Assembly (NCBI GenBank): GCA_963832165.1
Contig: CAWHTE010000007.1
Coordinates: 704,001-768,000, forward strand
Length of the DNA: 64,000 nt
Source: an uncultured delta proteobacterium
GTDB lineage: Bacteria; Myxococcota_A; UBA9160; SMWR01
Reading direction: 5' to 3'
Shown: positions 12,603 to 21,034 of the stretch, piece by piece
How the letters are laid out: each line of letters begins with the position of its first letter
Numbering within the stretch: the first letter of the stretch is position 1
Translations under genes and position numbers: made by a program
Notes under the pieces: generated by a model
Seen by the model: only the letters and a program-made list of their open reading frames with translations
What the model was told of the DNA's origin: nothing
Database searches by the model: none

Positions 12603-13364
12603 ATGTCCTCCAATCGCCTCAATCCGCTGTCGAACGAGCTTCTGAGCGTCATCCGCTCGGGCGAGGCTGAGACGTGGAGCCCCCAAGAAATCCTCACTTG
12701 GGGAATCAAGAATTTCCGACCCAGGATCGCGCTGTCCTGCTCGTTCGGTGCGCCCGAGGGTCTCGTCCTGCTCGACATGATGGACCGGATCGATCCGGAG
12801 TCGCGCGTGTTCGTTCTCGACACGGGCCGATTGCCGCAGGCGACGTACGACCTCATCGACCGCGTTCGGGAGCGCTACGACAAGCGCATCGAGGTGGTCG
12901 CGCCGGACGGTGCGGCCGTCTCCGCGATGGTCGGCGAGCACGGCATGAATCTGTTCTACGACTCGGTCGAGAAGCGCCAGCTGTGCTGCGGCGTGCGCAA
13001 GGTCCAGCCGCTGAAGCGCTACCTCGGCGAGCTCGACGCCTGGGTGACCGGGCTGCGCCGCGACCAGAATTTCACGCGCAGCGATACGGCCAAGATCCAG
13101 ATCGACCACACCCATGGCGGCATCGTCAAGCTGAACCCGATTGCCGACTGGACGCGCGCGCAGGTGCTCGACTACGTGCGCGCACACAACGTCCCGACCA
13201 ACCGGCTCCACGGCAAGGGCTATCCGTCGGTGGGCTGCGAGCCGTGCTCGCGGGCGGTGCGCCCGGGCGAAGATGATCGCGCGGGGCGCTGGTGGTGGGA
13301 GAGCGCCGGCAATCGCGAGTGTGGGATCCACTTCGGCGAGGAGGGCCAGGGATCCGGTATCTAG
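12603..13364 (+). CDS. cysH: Adenylyl-sulfate (APS)/PAPS reductase, Fe-S type
   Basis: SCSFG, LDTGRL, CCGVRKVQPL, WVTGLRRDQ, YPSVGCEPCS and ECGIH. The CC..CxxC pattern indicates the 4Fe-4S APS-reductase type. Confidence 0.93.
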   Translation: MSSNRLNPLSNELLSVIRSGEAETWSPQEILTWGIKNFRPRIALSCSFGAPEGLVLLDMMDRIDPESRVFVLDTGRLPQATYDLIDRVRERYDKRIEVVAPDGAAVSAMVGEHGMNLFYDSVEKRQLCCGVRKVQPLKRYLGELDAWVTGLRRDQNFTRSDTAKIQIDHTHGGIVKLNPIADWTRAQVLDYVRAHNVPTNRLHGKGYPSVGCEPCSRAVRPGEDDRAGRWWWESAGNRECGIHFGEEGQGSGI

Positions 13365-13924
13365 CCCGATTCCGCTCGGCTGCGCCTCGCTCAGCGTCGA
13401 CCGACTCCGTCGGCCTCCTTGCGAGACGCGAGTTCCTTGTCGCGTGCGCTGGCGCCGCGCTGTGGCCGGTCCTCGGCGCGAGCCGCGCACGCGCGGCGAA
13501 CGAGCTCCCGACCGCGCTGCTCGAGTCGAGCCCGTTCGTCTACATCTCGCCGCTGCGCGCCGACGGCAGCGAGAGCACCTGCCACGGCGAGGTCTGGTAC
13601 GGCTGGATCGACGGCGCCGTGTTGATCAACACGGCCCCGATCACCTGGAAGAGCCGCGCGCTCGCGAAAGGGCGCGATCGCGCGCGGATCTGGGTGGGCG
13701 ACCACGGCCGCGTGAAGCAGATGATCGGCAAGAACGAAGCGTTCCGCAGCGCGCCGCACTTCGACGCGCGCGTGGATTCGGTCAAGGACGGCGACGCGCT
13801 GCTCGAGCGCCTGCTCGTGCTCTACGCGAAGAAGTATCCCCGCGAGATCGACACCTGGCGCGACAAGATGCGCGACGGCTACAAGAGCGGCGATCGGCTG
13901 CTGCTGCGCTACACGCCCGTCTAA
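13292..13924 (+). CDS. Tat-signal protein with a pyridoxamine-5'-phosphate-oxidase-like (split beta-barrel) domain; true start probably ~13400-13420
   Basis: LARREFLVACAGAALWPVLGASRARA (twin-Arg plus AxA), then YISPLRADGS..EVWYGWIDG..WKSRAL..KKYP..RLLLRYTP, which resembles PPOX-class proteins. No canonical in-frame start is visible downstream of cysH. Confidence 0.6.
   Translation: MVGERRQSRVWDPLRRGGPGIRYLARFRSAAPRSASTDSVGLLARREFLVACAGAALWPVLGASRARAANELPTALLESSPFVYISPLRADGSESTCHGEVWYGWIDGAVLINTAPITWKSRALAKGRDRARIWVGDHGRVKQMIGKNEAFRSAPHFDARVDSVKDGDALLERLLVLYAKKYPREIDTWRDKMRDGYKSGDRLLLRYTPV
13368..13396. repeat. Short REP-like element, copy 1
   Basis: GATTCCGCTCGGCTGCGCCTCGCTCAGCG immediately after the cysH stop; 22/29 identical to 62661-62689, with a compensatory change in the central mini-hairpin. 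Confidence 0.45.
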
Positions 13925-14095
13925 CGGTGTTCGCGCGCTCCGAGTTGCGCGCCCAGCAGAAAGTTCTACGTGATATGTGCGCTCGTGATAGGGTGGCGCG
14001 CGAACCACGTAGGGGCGATTCGTGACGCTCGGATTCTTCACGCGAACCCTGATTGCGACCAGCGCGATCTGGCTCGCGTTCGGCTGCGCGCTCCA

Positions 14096-15157
14096 CTAGC
14101 GCTCCGCGCGCACGTAGTTGACGAGCCGCCCGACGCGTTCGATTTCTATCTCGACCACGTCGCCGTCGCGCAGCCAGCGCGCGGGCTCGCGCGCTGCGCC
14201 CACGCCTCCGGGCGTTCCGGTCAGGATCACGTCGCCGGGCTCGAGCCGCATGAGGCGCGAGGCGAACGCGATGATCTCGGTGACCGGGAAGTGCATGTCC
14301 TTGGTGCGCGCCGATTGCACGATCTCGCCTGACAGGCGCGTGACGAGCCCGAGGTCCTGCGGGTCGGAGATCTCGTCCGCGGTGACCAGCCACGGCCCGA
14401 GCGGGGCGAACGTGTCGCACGATTTGCCGAGGAAGCGCTGGCCGCGCACACCCTGGAAATCGCGCGCCGTCACGTCGTTGGCGACGCAGTAGCCCGCGAT
14501 CTTCGCGGCCGCCTCTTCCGGCGCGATGCGCTGCGCGGGCTGACCGATCACCACAGCGAGCTCGCCTTCGTAGTCCGCCTCGCGCACGGTGCTCGGGACG
14601 ACGATCTCGTCTTCGGGGCCGATCACCGCAGACGAGGCCTTGATGAACAGGACCGGCTCCACGGGAGGTGAGCTGTCACCGCGCTCGCGCGCGTGATCGG
14701 GATAGTTGCGCGCGACGCCGACGATCTTTCCCGGGCGCGGCACGGGTGCGTGCAGGCGGACCGACGCGCGTGGCAACACGATTCCCGCCGCGCGCAGATC
14801 GGGCGCGTCGTAGCGCTCGAGCGCGTCGCGCACGAACTCGAGTGCGCTGCGCGCGGCGGAGAGCGCGCTCGCGCCGCGCGCGAGGAATGCGATCGGGTCC
14901 GAGGGGATCAGCGATTCGGCCTCGGCCTCGGGTGCACCCGCATCGCCCTGCGCGAGCTTCACCGCGAGCGCACGCGTGAGGTCGACGACCGCGCCGGTGT
15001 CCGGACCGGAGGAAATCAGCGCTCCCAGGCGCCGCGCGCCGGGCGCAAACAGCTCGCTCGAGAGTGCGAGCCCCGTGCGCCCGAGCACGTCGAGGCCCGC
15101 GGAAGGCACGGCCCCGCGTGCTCGGCGCGCCGATCGCTCGAAGCTCACGATCCGCAT
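14096..15157 (-). CDS. Fumarylacetoacetate hydrolase (FAH) family protein with N-terminal extension
   Basis: PGKIVGVARNYPDHA, DYEGELAVVIG, ANDVTARD, GKSCDTFAPLGP and GDVILTGTPGGVG; GGGAGG RBS. Confidence 0.92.
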   Translation of the reverse strand: MRIVSFERSARRARGAVPSAGLDVLGRTGLALSSELFAPGARRLGALISSGPDTGAVVDLTRALAVKLAQGDAGAPEAEAESLIPSDPIAFLARGASALSAARSALEFVRDALERYDAPDLRAAGIVLPRASVRLHAPVPRPGKIVGVARNYPDHARERGDSSPPVEPVLFIKASSAVIGPEDEIVVPSTVREADYEGELAVVIGQPAQRIAPEEAAAKIAGYCVANDVTARDFQGVRGQRFLGKSCDTFAPLGPWLVTADEISDPQDLGLVTRLSGEIVQSARTKDMHFPVTEIIAFASRLMRLEPGDVILTGTPGGVGAAREPARWLRDGDVVEIEIERVGRLVNYVRAER

Positions 15158-15233
15158 CGACCCTCCCGGTTTCCCGAAGTTGCGCGTGCGCTGCGCACCG
15201 GTGGGCTGTCCTGATCCCGCGGGCCGCGAAGAT

Positions 15234-15261
15234 TCAAGCCCGCGCGCCCCCCTGCCGAAAA
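15234..15261 (+). promoter_or_regulatory. sigma28/FliA-like promoter candidate
   Basis: TCAAG-N15-GCCGAAAA ending about 35 bp upstream of ORF 15296. Confidence 0.4.
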
Positions 15262-15295
15262 GCGCTTCGGGAGCCGTTCGAGCTTATCACGGGAG

Positions 15296-15634
15296 ATGCC
15301 CATGACTTCTCCGTCTTCGACGTCCTCTGCCGACCTGCTCCGGCGGGTCGGCATCCTGCTCGGGTGGATTTCGCTGTTCGCGACGATCGCTTTGATGTCG
15401 CCCGGCATCGTGGCGACGGCCAACGCCGAGGAGGCGGCTTCGGCTGCTGGACCCGCGTGCCAGGTGAGCGCCGACGCCGACGATCAGACGGCGCACGAGC
15501 TCTCCCAGATGATCGAGCGGCTGCGGGCAGCGACCGCCGAGCAGCCCGACTCCGCAAGCGACGTCGTTTCGCTGAACACGCGCGGCTGGAACTACACGAC
15601 GACGCTCGCCGCACCGCCCGCCGAGCGCCGCTAG
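15296..15634 (+). CDS. Small hypothetical exported protein
   Basis: RR + hydrophobic stretch + ANA signal-peptide-like N-terminus; acidic mature part with one Cys; GGGAG next to the start region. Confidence 0.6.
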   Translation: MPMTSPSSTSSADLLRRVGILLGWISLFATIALMSPGIVATANAEEAASAAGPACQVSADADDQTAHELSQMIERLRAATAEQPDSASDVVSLNTRGWNYTTTLAAPPAERR

Positions 15635-15719
15635 CTCGAACGACTCCCTCTCGGGGAGGGGCGTTTTGACACCGGATGGGGTGGGGTCTTAGCTTCGGGC
15701 CCGGGTGCCTGGATCCCTA

Positions 15720-18266
15720 ATGAACCCGTCGTCCACCCTTCGCGTGCGCCGCGCGATCGCCGGCCTGTTCCTCGCCTGGTCGCTGGTCGCGATCGTGCTC
15801 TCGCTCGCGGCACTGCGCGCCCCGGGCGATCGCCTCTACCACCCGTTCACCCACACGCGTCTCGCGACCACTTCCGTGATCGCCGAGGTCGCGCCCTCGG
15901 CACAGGAAAGCGGAGCCGAGCCCGGCGACGTGATCGTGGCGATGAACGGCCGCCCCTATCACGAGGTGCTGCGCGCGGGCGTGCACGACCTCGACCCCGC
16001 GCGCGCGAACCTGTACCTGCTCGAGAAGAGGGACGGGCGACGCATCGAAGTGTCGCTCGCGCCCGAACCGATTGCGTGGACCCAGACGCCGACTGCGGCC
16101 GCCCTTCACGCGCTCATGGTGCTCGTCGCGGGGTTCTACCTCGTGACGGGCGGGGCCGCGTGGTGGCTCAAGTCGGATCGCTCCGAGGCGTGGGCGCTCA
16201 TGCTCTTCTGCAGCACGATGGCCGCGCAGCTCGCGACCATGCCGCAGACGAACCTGATCCCGCTCGGCTGGCCGCGCATGCTCGTGAACGTTCCGCTGAT
16301 CGGCGCGACCACGTTCCATCTCTTCACCACCTATCCAATCGAGCCGGGTTGGGTGGTCAGGCACCGGCGCGCGCAGCTGCTGCCCTACGCGGCCGCGCTC
16401 TGCCTCGCCGTGTTCTCGCTCACGGAGCGCGAGTTCGGCGCGCCGGTCGGCCTCGGCCTCACGCTCTCCTACGTGTTCACCCAGCTCCTGATGGTGGCGT
16501 CGCTCGCGATCGTGGCGTTCGAGCGCCGCAACCATGGCGAGGGTCCGCTGCGCAACCGCGCCGACCTGATGTTCTGGGCCGCGCTCGTGAGCTTCGGCCC
16601 GATCCTGTTGATCTACTTGGCCGAGTGGCTGCTGCAGACGCCATTCCCGTCACACGTGGCAATGCTCTGGCTGTCGCTGTTCCCGGTGGCCGTCGGCTAC
16701 GGGATCGTGCGCCGTCAGCTCTTCGAAGTGCGCAGCGTCGCGAAGTCCTCCGCGGCGTACGGTGCCGCGACGCTCGCGATCACGGGCGTGTTCGCATTCC
16801 TGATCACATTCGCCGATGCGGCGGTTTCGCGCCTGAACATCAGCTTCCGCTGGTTCCAGGTGACCTTCCTGTTCTTCGCGATCCTCGCGTTCAACCCGCT
16901 GCGCAACCGGCTCCAGAACCTGGTGGACCGCTTCTTCGACCGCGATCGCGAGACCTACCGCGTGGCCGTGCGCGAGATCTCCGAGGCAATGGTGTCGATG
17001 CTCTCGCTGCCCGAGATCGCCGACCGCATCCTGCTCGCGCTCACCGACACCATGGGCGTCGAGCGCGCGATGGTGATGATGGTGGACGACCAGGGGAAGG
17101 TGCTGCGCTCGGCGGCCTCGCGCGGCGAGTGGGACGAGGAGGATCTCTCGCTCGAGATCCGCTCCGATCACCCGATCTGGAAGCACCTGTGGATGCGCCG
17201 CGAGGACCTCTCGCGCGTCGACTTCGACGAGGAACCCGACGTGGAATACCGCGAGGCGTGCCGCGACGTCTTCGACACGCTCGAGGTCGAGCTGCTCGTG
17301 CCCATCCTCTATGGAGTCGATCTGCTCGGGGTGATCGCGGTGGGCCGCAAGATCTCGGGCGACCGCCTCGTAGGCGACGACCGGACGCTCTTGCGCACGC
17401 TCGCGAACCAGAGTTCGATCGCGATCGAGAACGCGAAGGCGTTCGACGAGATCGCGAAGCTCAACGAGACGCTCGAGGCGCGTGTCGAAGAGCGCACGGC
17501 CGAGCTCCAGGACACGCAGGCGCAGCTCGTACAGGCCGAGAAGATGAAGAGTCTCGGCCAGCTCGTGGCGGGCGTCGCGCACGAGCTCAACAACCCGATC
17601 GGCTTCGTGCATGCCAACCTGCAACTGCTCGACGAGTACGTGCGCAAGTTCGTCGACGCACAGCGCACGGGTGGCGATCCGGAGCGCGCGCGCGAGGCGA
17701 TCACGAAGCTGCTCGCGCGCAGCCGCGAGGGAACCGAGCGGGTCAAGAAGATCGTGCAGGACCTGCGCACCTTCTCGCGCATGGACCACGCCGAGCTCCA
17801 GGACGTGGACCTGCACGAGGAGATCGAGCGCACGCTCGCGCTCATGGAGCCGCGCTTCAAGAACGGTATTGCGGTCGAGCGCGACTACGGCGAGATCCCG
17901 CGCGTTCGCTGCTATGCCGGTCAGCTGAACCAGGTATTCCTGAACCTGCTCATGAACGCGTGCGATGCGATGAAGGACCAGGGGAAGATCACGGTCCGCA
18001 CGCGGCGCGCGCCGCTCGGCGTGCGCCTCTCGTTCGCGGACGACGGTCCGGGTATTCCCGAGAACGTGCGCAGTCGGATCTTCGACCCGTTCTTCACGAC
18101 CAAGCCGGTGGGCGAGGGCACCGGGCTCGGCCTGTCTCTCTCTCACGGGATCATCGAGCGTCACGGCGGGAACATCCACGTCGAGTCGGAGCCCGGTCAC
18201 GGCGCGATGTTCGTGATCGATCTGCCGCTGGTTCCGGTCGGCGACGCGGTCGCGGCCGCGCGCTAG
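15720..18266 (+). CDS. Membrane sensor histidine kinase (PDZ-like + multi-TM + GAF + HisKA + HATPase)
   Basis: [19 protein letters not shown] (PDZ-like), many TM segments, GAF ([25 protein letters not shown]), H-box VAHELNNP, N-box [25 protein letters not shown] and GTGLGL. Confidence 0.92.
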   Translation: MNPSSTLRVRRAIAGLFLAWSLVAIVLSLAALRAPGDRLYHPFTHTRLATTSVIAEVAPSAQESGAEPGDVIVAMNGRPYHEVLRAGVHDLDPARANLYLLEKRDGRRIEVSLAPEPIAWTQTPTAAALHALMVLVAGFYLVTGGAAWWLKSDRSEAWALMLFCSTMAAQLATMPQTNLIPLGWPRMLVNVPLIGATTFHLFTTYPIEPGWVVRHRRAQLLPYAAALCLAVFSLTEREFGAPVGLGLTLSYVFTQLLMVASLAIVAFERRNHGEGPLRNRADLMFWAALVSFGPILLIYLAEWLLQTPFPSHVAMLWLSLFPVAVGYGIVRRQLFEVRSVAKSSAAYGAATLAITGVFAFLITFADAAVSRLNISFRWFQVTFLFFAILAFNPLRNRLQNLVDRFFDRDRETYRVAVREISEAMVSMLSLPEIADRILLALTDTMGVERAMVMMVDDQGKVLRSAASRGEWDEEDLSLEIRSDHPIWKHLWMRREDLSRVDFDEEPDVEYREACRDVFDTLEVELLVPILYGVDLLGVIAVGRKISGDRLVGDDRTLLRTLANQSSIAIENAKAFDEIAKLNETLEARVEERTAELQDTQAQLVQAEKMKSLGQLVAGVAHELNNPIGFVHANLQLLDEYVRKFVDAQRTGGDPERAREAITKLLARSREGTERVKKIVQDLRTFSRMDHAELQDVDLHEEIERTLALMEPRFKNGIAVERDYGEIPRVRCYAGQLNQVFLNLLMNACDAMKDQGKITVRTRRAPLGVRLSFADDGPGIPENVRSRIFDPFFTTKPVGEGTGLGLSLSHGIIERHGGNIHVESEPGHGAMFVIDLPLVPVGDAVAAAR

Positions 18267-18613
18267 CGGACCGCTTCGCGGTCGCGCTCGACTTCGACCT
18301 CGAGCTCGCGGCCCATCCCGATCGGCACGACCTCGATGCACAGGTCTTCGTCGCGGAACGCAGCGCGTCCGTCGGCGTCGACCTCGGGCTCCAGCACCAC
18401 GAGCCGCGGCTCGTAGCCGGGCCCCTTCGCGTAGATCTTGTGCGGCTGATCCGTGCGCAGCGCGGCTTCGTTCCCTTCGAGCAGCTCCCCGTCCACGTAG
18501 AGCGTGACCTCGCGCGGCACGCATTCGATGCGCACTATCTGGGTCGTGGCGCAGCCCGCGGCCGCGGCGACGAGCAGCGCGGCGAGACCGGCGAGCGGAC
18601 GGGCTCGAGGCAT
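18263..18613 (-). CDS. Small lipoprotein, PEGA-like
   Basis: Lipobox AAGC; IECVPREVTLYVDG..GYEP resembles a PEGA domain. Confidence 0.6.
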   Translation of the reverse strand: MPRARPLAGLAALLVAAAAGCATTQIVRIECVPREVTLYVDGELLEGNEAALRTDQPHKIYAKGPGYEPRLVVLEPEVDADGRAAFRDEDLCIEVVPIGMGRELEVEVERDREAVR

Positions 18614-18670
18614 TCGCCGCGAGACTAGCTTAGATTCCAGAGCGTGACGGGAATCAGCGGGGGCGACGGC

Positions 18671-19183
18671 ATGACTGCGCTCGATCGCGTGATCGCACGC
18701 GACGAGATCCGTCAGCTCGCCTATCGCTATGCGTGGGCGGTCGACGCGCGCGACATCGACCTGCTCGTGTCGCTATTCGTGCCCGACGTGCGCGTGGGAC
18801 GCGACCGGATCGGGCACGACGCGCTGCGGGAGTTCTGGCGCGAGTCGCTCTCCGCAACGGGTGTGTCGATCCTGTTCGTGGGCAATCACCTGATCGACTT
18901 CCAGGACTCGGATCACGCGACGGGCGGCGTCTATTGTCGCGCGCAGGTCCAGGACGGCGAACGTTGGATCGAGCAGGCGATCCACTACCGCGATACCTAC
19001 GAGCGCCGCGAGGGAGCCTGGCTGTTCGTGCGCCGCATTCACCGCCTCTGGTACGGAGTCGAGGCCGCCGAGCGACCGCTCGACCAGCCGCCCGCGAACT
19101 GGCCCGAGCGCCAGGAGGGCCGCGGAACGCTGCCCGAGGAGTGGGCGACCTGGCACGCGTTCTGGAAGAGCGGCGGCGGCTGA
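18671..19183 (+). CDS. SnoaL-like/NTF2-family protein
   Basis: DEIRQLAYRYAWAVDARD, GNHLIDF and YRDTYERREGAWLFVRR. Alternative GTG start at 18644. Confidence 0.85.
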   Translation: MTALDRVIARDEIRQLAYRYAWAVDARDIDLLVSLFVPDVRVGRDRIGHDALREFWRESLSATGVSILFVGNHLIDFQDSDHATGGVYCRAQVQDGERWIEQAIHYRDTYERREGAWLFVRRIHRLWYGVEAAERPLDQPPANWPERQEGRGTLPEEWATWHAFWKSGGG

Positions 19184-20470
19184 GTGTCGGACGATCGCGC
19201 CGAGATCCTGATCGTCGGAGGCGGCATCATCGGCACGAGCCTCGCGTGGGCGCTCGCGGTGCGCGGCGCGCGCGGCGTGGCCGTGGTCGACCTCGACCTC
19301 GCGGGTCTGTACGCCTCGTCGGAGCTGAACGCGGGCGGAGCACGCGCCACCTGGTGGCAGCCCGTCAACATCGATGCGTGTCGCGCCACGCTCGACTTCT
19401 TCGGCGAGCACGCCGAGGAGTTCGGCTTCCGCCGCCGCGGCTATCTGTGGCTCTACGACGATCCGGATCTTCACGCCCAGGCGCTCGAGAAGCGGTCGCT
19501 CCAGAACGCGCGCGGGCTCGGCGTCGAGGCGCTCGGAGTCGCCGACGTCGCGGAGCGCTTCCCGCTGCTCGACCGCGCACTCGACGAGCTGGTCGGAGCG
19601 ACCTACTCGCCGCGCGACGGCCTCGTCAACCCGAATGCCGTGCGCGCGTGGTTCCGCCGCGAAGCCGAGTCGCTCGGCGTGCGCTTCCTGAACCGACACT
19701 ACGTCACCGGAGTCGAGACGCGGCGCGTGGCAGGTGCGGGCGGCAGCCTGCGGCGGGTCTCCGCGCTGGACGTCGTCGAGGTCGAGCGCCGCGGCGTGCT
19801 CGAAGACGAGGAGCGCGTGCGCGAGATCCTCGTGAGCCACCGCGTGAAGGCGGCCGATCAGCGCGGCGAGGTGCGCATCGCGTGCGACGTGGTCGTGAAC
19901 TGTCTCGGTGCATGGTCTCCGATCTTCTCGGCCAAGGTGGGCGTCACGGACGTCACCGAGCCGGTGCGCCGCCAGATCTGTCTCGTCGACGTGCACGCGA
20001 GCGATCTCGCGCCGGGCGTCGATCTCGATGCGCTCGGCATGATCGTCGACGCGAGCGACCTCTACTTTCATCCCGAAGGCGCTCACGTGCTCGCGGGTTA
20101 TTCGATTCCCGACGAGGGCAGCGGCTTCGACTTCGACTACGACGGCGAGCCGTTCTTCGAAACCTACATCTGGCCGCGTCTGGCGCACCGCGCGAGCAGC
20201 TTCGAGCGCTGCGGCCACGTGCGCGGTTGGTCCGGACTCTACGAGGTGACTCCCGACCGCAGCGGGATCGCCGGCGCCGTTCCCGGCTTCGCCAATTTCT
20301 TCGAAGCCCACGCGTTCACGGGCCGCGGCGTGATGCAGTCCTACGCGGTCGGACAGGCGATGGCCGAGCGGATCGACACGGGGCGCTTCGGTGCGATCGA
20401 TCTCGCGCCGCTCGACCGCGGGCGCTTCACTGACCCCAAGCGCTGGGTGACCGAGGCGCTGCACATCTAG
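19184..20470 (+). CDS. FAD-dependent oxidoreductase (DAO/sarcosine-oxidase-beta/FOXRED1-like)
   Basis: IVGGGIIG, NAGGAR, GYLWL, VVNCLGAWS, GWSGLYEVTPD and FTGRGVMQS. Confidence 0.88.
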   Translation: MSDDRAEILIVGGGIIGTSLAWALAVRGARGVAVVDLDLAGLYASSELNAGGARATWWQPVNIDACRATLDFFGEHAEEFGFRRRGYLWLYDDPDLHAQALEKRSLQNARGLGVEALGVADVAERFPLLDRALDELVGATYSPRDGLVNPNAVRAWFRREAESLGVRFLNRHYVTGVETRRVAGAGGSLRRVSALDVVEVERRGVLEDEERVREILVSHRVKAADQRGEVRIACDVVVNCLGAWSPIFSAKVGVTDVTEPVRRQICLVDVHASDLAPGVDLDALGMIVDASDLYFHPEGAHVLAGYSIPDEGSGFDFDYDGEPFFETYIWPRLAHRASSFERCGHVRGWSGLYEVTPDRSGIAGAVPGFANFFEAHAFTGRGVMQSYAVGQAMAERIDTGRFGAIDLAPLDRGRFTDPKRWVTEALHI

Positions 20471-20486
20471 TGCGAAGCGCGAGGGG

Positions 20487-20930
20487 CTACGATTCGCACC
20501 AGCGCTGCAGCTGCGCCAGGGTCTGATCGACGCGCTCCGCGGAGAGCCGCCGCACATCGAAGCGGTCGAGCTCGCCCCCGATCATCGGCAGCGTGTTGTT
20601 CGCGACCAGCCGCAGCGATAGGCGGGTGGCATCCGGGACCTGATCCAGGAGCGTGTAGGTCTCTTCGAACTCGAACGACGCGAGCCGCACCGCGGAGCGC
20701 AGGCGCTCCGCGGGGACCACCTCGAGCGGATCCTCGCAGTGCGACACCGTCACGGAGCCGAGCAGGCAGCGCCAGCGGGCGGGCCGGCCCAGCGTGGGGT
20801 AATCGGGGATCGGCGCCTCGAGCGAGATCCTGCGCTCGTCCCAGCGGATCAGCTCGTCGGGTGACACCAAAGCGCGCCAGACCCGAGCCCGCGGGCTTCG
20901 AATCACCTTCGACATCGCGATGGTGATCAA
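20487..20930 (-). CDS. SRPBCC/START-fold (polyketide cyclase-like) protein
   Basis: IRSPRARVWRALVSPDELIRW..LAQLQRWCES. TTG start with GGGGAG RBS; alternative ATG at 20915. Confidence 0.7.
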   Translation of the reverse strand: MITIAMSKVIRSPRARVWRALVSPDELIRWDERRISLEAPIPDYPTLGRPARWRCLLGSVTVSHCEDPLEVVPAERLRSAVRLASFEFEETYTLLDQVPDATRLSLRLVANNTLPMIGGELDRFDVRRLSAERVDQTLAQLQRWCES

Positions 20931-21034
20931 GCGCTCCCCACCCCCATGGGGCCGCAGGATGCACGCCGCACTGGCTCCCCGCAAGCGGCAGAATGCCCCG
21001 CCTAGCCTCGATCGCCGCTCTGTGTCGAGCGTCC

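Noticed and set aside
21002..21015. 14-nt match CTAGCCTCGATCGC also present at ~47280
   Set aside because: A single short match with no flanking similarity or structure; plausibly chance.
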